Assembly (NCBI GenBank): GCA_013265495.1 | Contig: MU061578.1 | Span: 939,308 to 1,003,307 of the forward strand | Length of the DNA: 64,000 nucleotides | From: Vicugna vicugna | Taxonomy: Eukaryota | Reading direction: 5' to 3' | Shown here: one piece after another, positions 61,705 to 64,000 of the stretch | Layout: every line of letters starts with the position of its first letter | Numbering within the stretch: the stretch's first letter is position 1 | Notes under the pieces: generated by a model | What the model was told of the DNA's origin: nothing | Database searches by the model: none | Seen by the model: only the letters and a program-made list of their open reading frames with translations | Made by a program: the position numbers and the translations under genes

Positions 61705-61962
61705 TGGTCTCCCTGACCATCGTTAACTCTTTTTCCCTTCCTACATTACTTTCTTCATAGCACTTACTGCAGCCGTAATCCATCAATTCATGTATTGCTG
61801 TCGCTGTTCTGTTTCCTGTTCTCTTCCCCACGGGATCATGAACCCCGCTAAGGAAGGGTCCGTAACCTGCCTCTCTGGGCATCATTCGGCTAACGTCTAG
61901 CACTGTGTCTTTCATGGAGCAGATGCTTAATAAACGTCTGAAGAATTGTTGAAGGAAGGAAA
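61705..61962 (+). mobile_element. L2 LINE 3' end
   Basis: TTTCTTCATAGCACTTAC...TCTAGCACTGTGTCT..GCAGATGCTTAATAAA. Confidence 0.75.
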
Positions 61963-62011
61963 TTAGCCAGTCACGCATTATAATCTTTTCTGTTGCTCTT
62001 TGACATATGAA

Positions 62012-62140
62012 CATTTCATTCTCTTTTACGCATGAGGAAACTGAGGCTCAGAGACGCCAAATAATCTATTCATGAGCAAATCTGATCGGGGATAAGGCCG
62101 GTTCTGGAACCCAGGTCTGTCTGAATCCAAGCTCCCAAGT
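62012..62140 (-). mobile_element. MIR SINE
   Basis: ATGAGGAAACTGAGGCTCAGAGA...GAACCCAGGTCTGTCTGAATCCAAG. Confidence 0.85.
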
Positions 62141-62729
62141 TGTTGCTGTTGTCACAAAGTATAAAAGTGGAGACACTGAGACCCCAGGGGCCTTCCCTAC
62201 TTCTACTGAAATAAAAGAAAGGGAAAGCCAGTCAGCCCTAAGACGGAAGTGTCCTGTGATGGAAAATCCAGTCCAAGAGCAAGCACAGTGGCGCACCAGA
62301 CGTTGCTCAGAGCTTCGGTACGGCAAGACGTAACAACAGGCCCCAGACTGATCCCCCATGCTCAAGCAGGTTGGCTTGTCGCCCGTGGATGTATTTTTGG
62401 GTCATTAACAATTAAACACACACGCTGCATTCCCCTGAAGCAACACAACTTACCAGACCCTCAGACACAGACACACCTCAGTAACTCCCAGTGGGTTCTA
62501 CCTCTCTTTTCCATAATCATTGTGATTTTCTGCCCCACCCCGTCCCGCTGAAAACTGTCCTTCCTTTCAGGGCAGAACTCTCTAGTCAATGAAGATCGAA
62601 GAAATGGCAGCTTGAGGAATGGACACTGATTAGCCAGCCATGGCTGCCTTGGCGTTGGCACTTCCACTTCAATGCACGCCGGTGGTCCTCCTGGTTCTTC
62701 TGTTTCCCATCTTGTCCGACTAAAGACCA

Positions 62730-63290
62730 TTTTCCCATCTCCCATCCAGCTTCCAGAGCAATCTTGTAAAAATGTAACATCAGATCATGGTGTTTCTCTA
62801 CTTGAAACTCTCCACAGGTCTTCCGTCTCGCTTAGACCAAAATCTAAACTCCCTGCCATGTCCTAAAAGGGGGCAGATGACAGAGCTGACTTTCCATTCT
62901 GCTTCTTACCCCTTCATCCCCTAGGTCCCAGCCATACTGAGCATTCCTGTTAGCCCCATGTGCGCCCATATCATTCCACCGTAGGGCTTCTGCTTTTCCC
63001 CTTGCTGAACTTCCTTCCCTACACCAGGACATTACACAACTGGCCCCTGCTTGTCAATCAGATCTGAGCTCAAATTCCACACCTCCCCTCCTTCAATCAT
63101 CCAAAATGACCCTCTCAGTTGCTATCATGTAACCTGTCTTATTTTCTTCACAGCACTTAACACCATCTGATGTTCTCCGGCTTATTGCCTGCTTTCCCCT
63201 ATTAAATCTAAGTGGTCTTATTTACCCCTGCAACCCTGCTGTCCAGCCCGCACTGCCCCTTCAATAAATCTTTACTCAATCAATGAACAC
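62730..63290 (+). mobile_element. L2 LINE
   Basis: CCAGAGCAATCTTGTAAAAATG..ATCAGATCATG...AAAATCTAAACTCC...TTTTCTTCACAGCACTTA.CACCATCTGA...TCAATAAAT. Confidence 0.85.
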
Positions 63291-64000
63291 ACATGGAAGC
63301 CAAGCTAGAGCCATCTGCATTTCCAAACCACCACCCCACCGACACTTCAGCCTCTGAAATGCGTCTGGCATGTCGTCACCCTCATTTTGATTTTGAGGGT
63401 CAGATATAAAGACGGACAGGGAAGAACTTTAACGGGTAAGCTACAGATGGAGGAAAGGTCTTGTGCGTTTCCCACGCACATTCCAACGCGGGCAGGCAGG
63501 CTCGCCTCCTCCCAGTGCCACTGGCAAGCCTCGTCTCTGATTTCTTTCTCCAGTCTATAAAGGGAATATGTTATACTTTTAGGACTTAATGGAATTAGAA
63601 GACGGACTTTGTTTTTTAAGAGAGAAAGCAAAGTCATTTAAATTGAAAACTGATCTTATGCTGTCAACATGCATTTGGTTTGTAGGAGAAATACTCAGGC
63701 AGGAGCGATGAGAGCTGACAAGGCAAGTCTGGTCTGTCTCCCAGTCTCAGCTCCTGAGGGAAGGCTGCCCGGAAGACGTCGTGATGTCTTGAGTAGCTTG
63801 GTTTTTGACCCAAGTTGTAGTCTTAACGTGAGCCTGGACTCGAACCAGGTCCTAAGAGAGAGTTTTGTGTTCCACGAGTCATGCGTGCACTCATGGCTTC
63901 CTGGTAGTGATGGAGTTCTTCCTTTCCTCGCCCTTCACCACCTTCGATTCATGGATCATGGACGGAAAGGTGGGAAGAGGAACACCCACCTGGTTGGTTG

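Noticed and set aside
1..64000. ORF track entries as protein-coding genes
   Set aside because: All are 180 aa or shorter, many start at non-ATG codons, many overlap repeats or microsatellites, and none resembles a host protein I recognise.
1..64000. CRISPR array, operon or other prokaryotic/defence system
   Set aside because: The sequence is mammalian, with no repeat-spacer array and no gene-dense region.

Overview
Non-coding mammalian genomic DNA, most likely camelid (camel/alpaca/llama): it carries a Vic-1-type tRNA-derived SINE and artiodactyl-type young L1 3' ends, and I saw no Alu, B1, Bov, PRE or SINEC elements. I recognise no host protein-coding exon; the supplied ORFs look like chance ORFs or repeat remnants. 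The window is a mosaic of ancient repeats (MIR, L2, L1M, MER5/MER20/MER3/MER58, MLT1/LTR16 solo LTRs), a few younger L1 fragments, microsatellites and unique motif-rich blocks resembling enhancers, as in a large intron or gene-poor regulatory region. Best leads: a minus-strand 36-nt frame-preserving microexon candidate (47255-47290), a near-consensus RE1/REST site (819-839), all five LTRs in one orientation (hinting at a minus-strand host gene), a twin-primed L1 with TSDs, and a 78-bp tandem duplication of a CCAAT box. I found no support for a novel biological system. Repeat names come from recalled consensus sequences, and boundaries and subfamilies are approximate.
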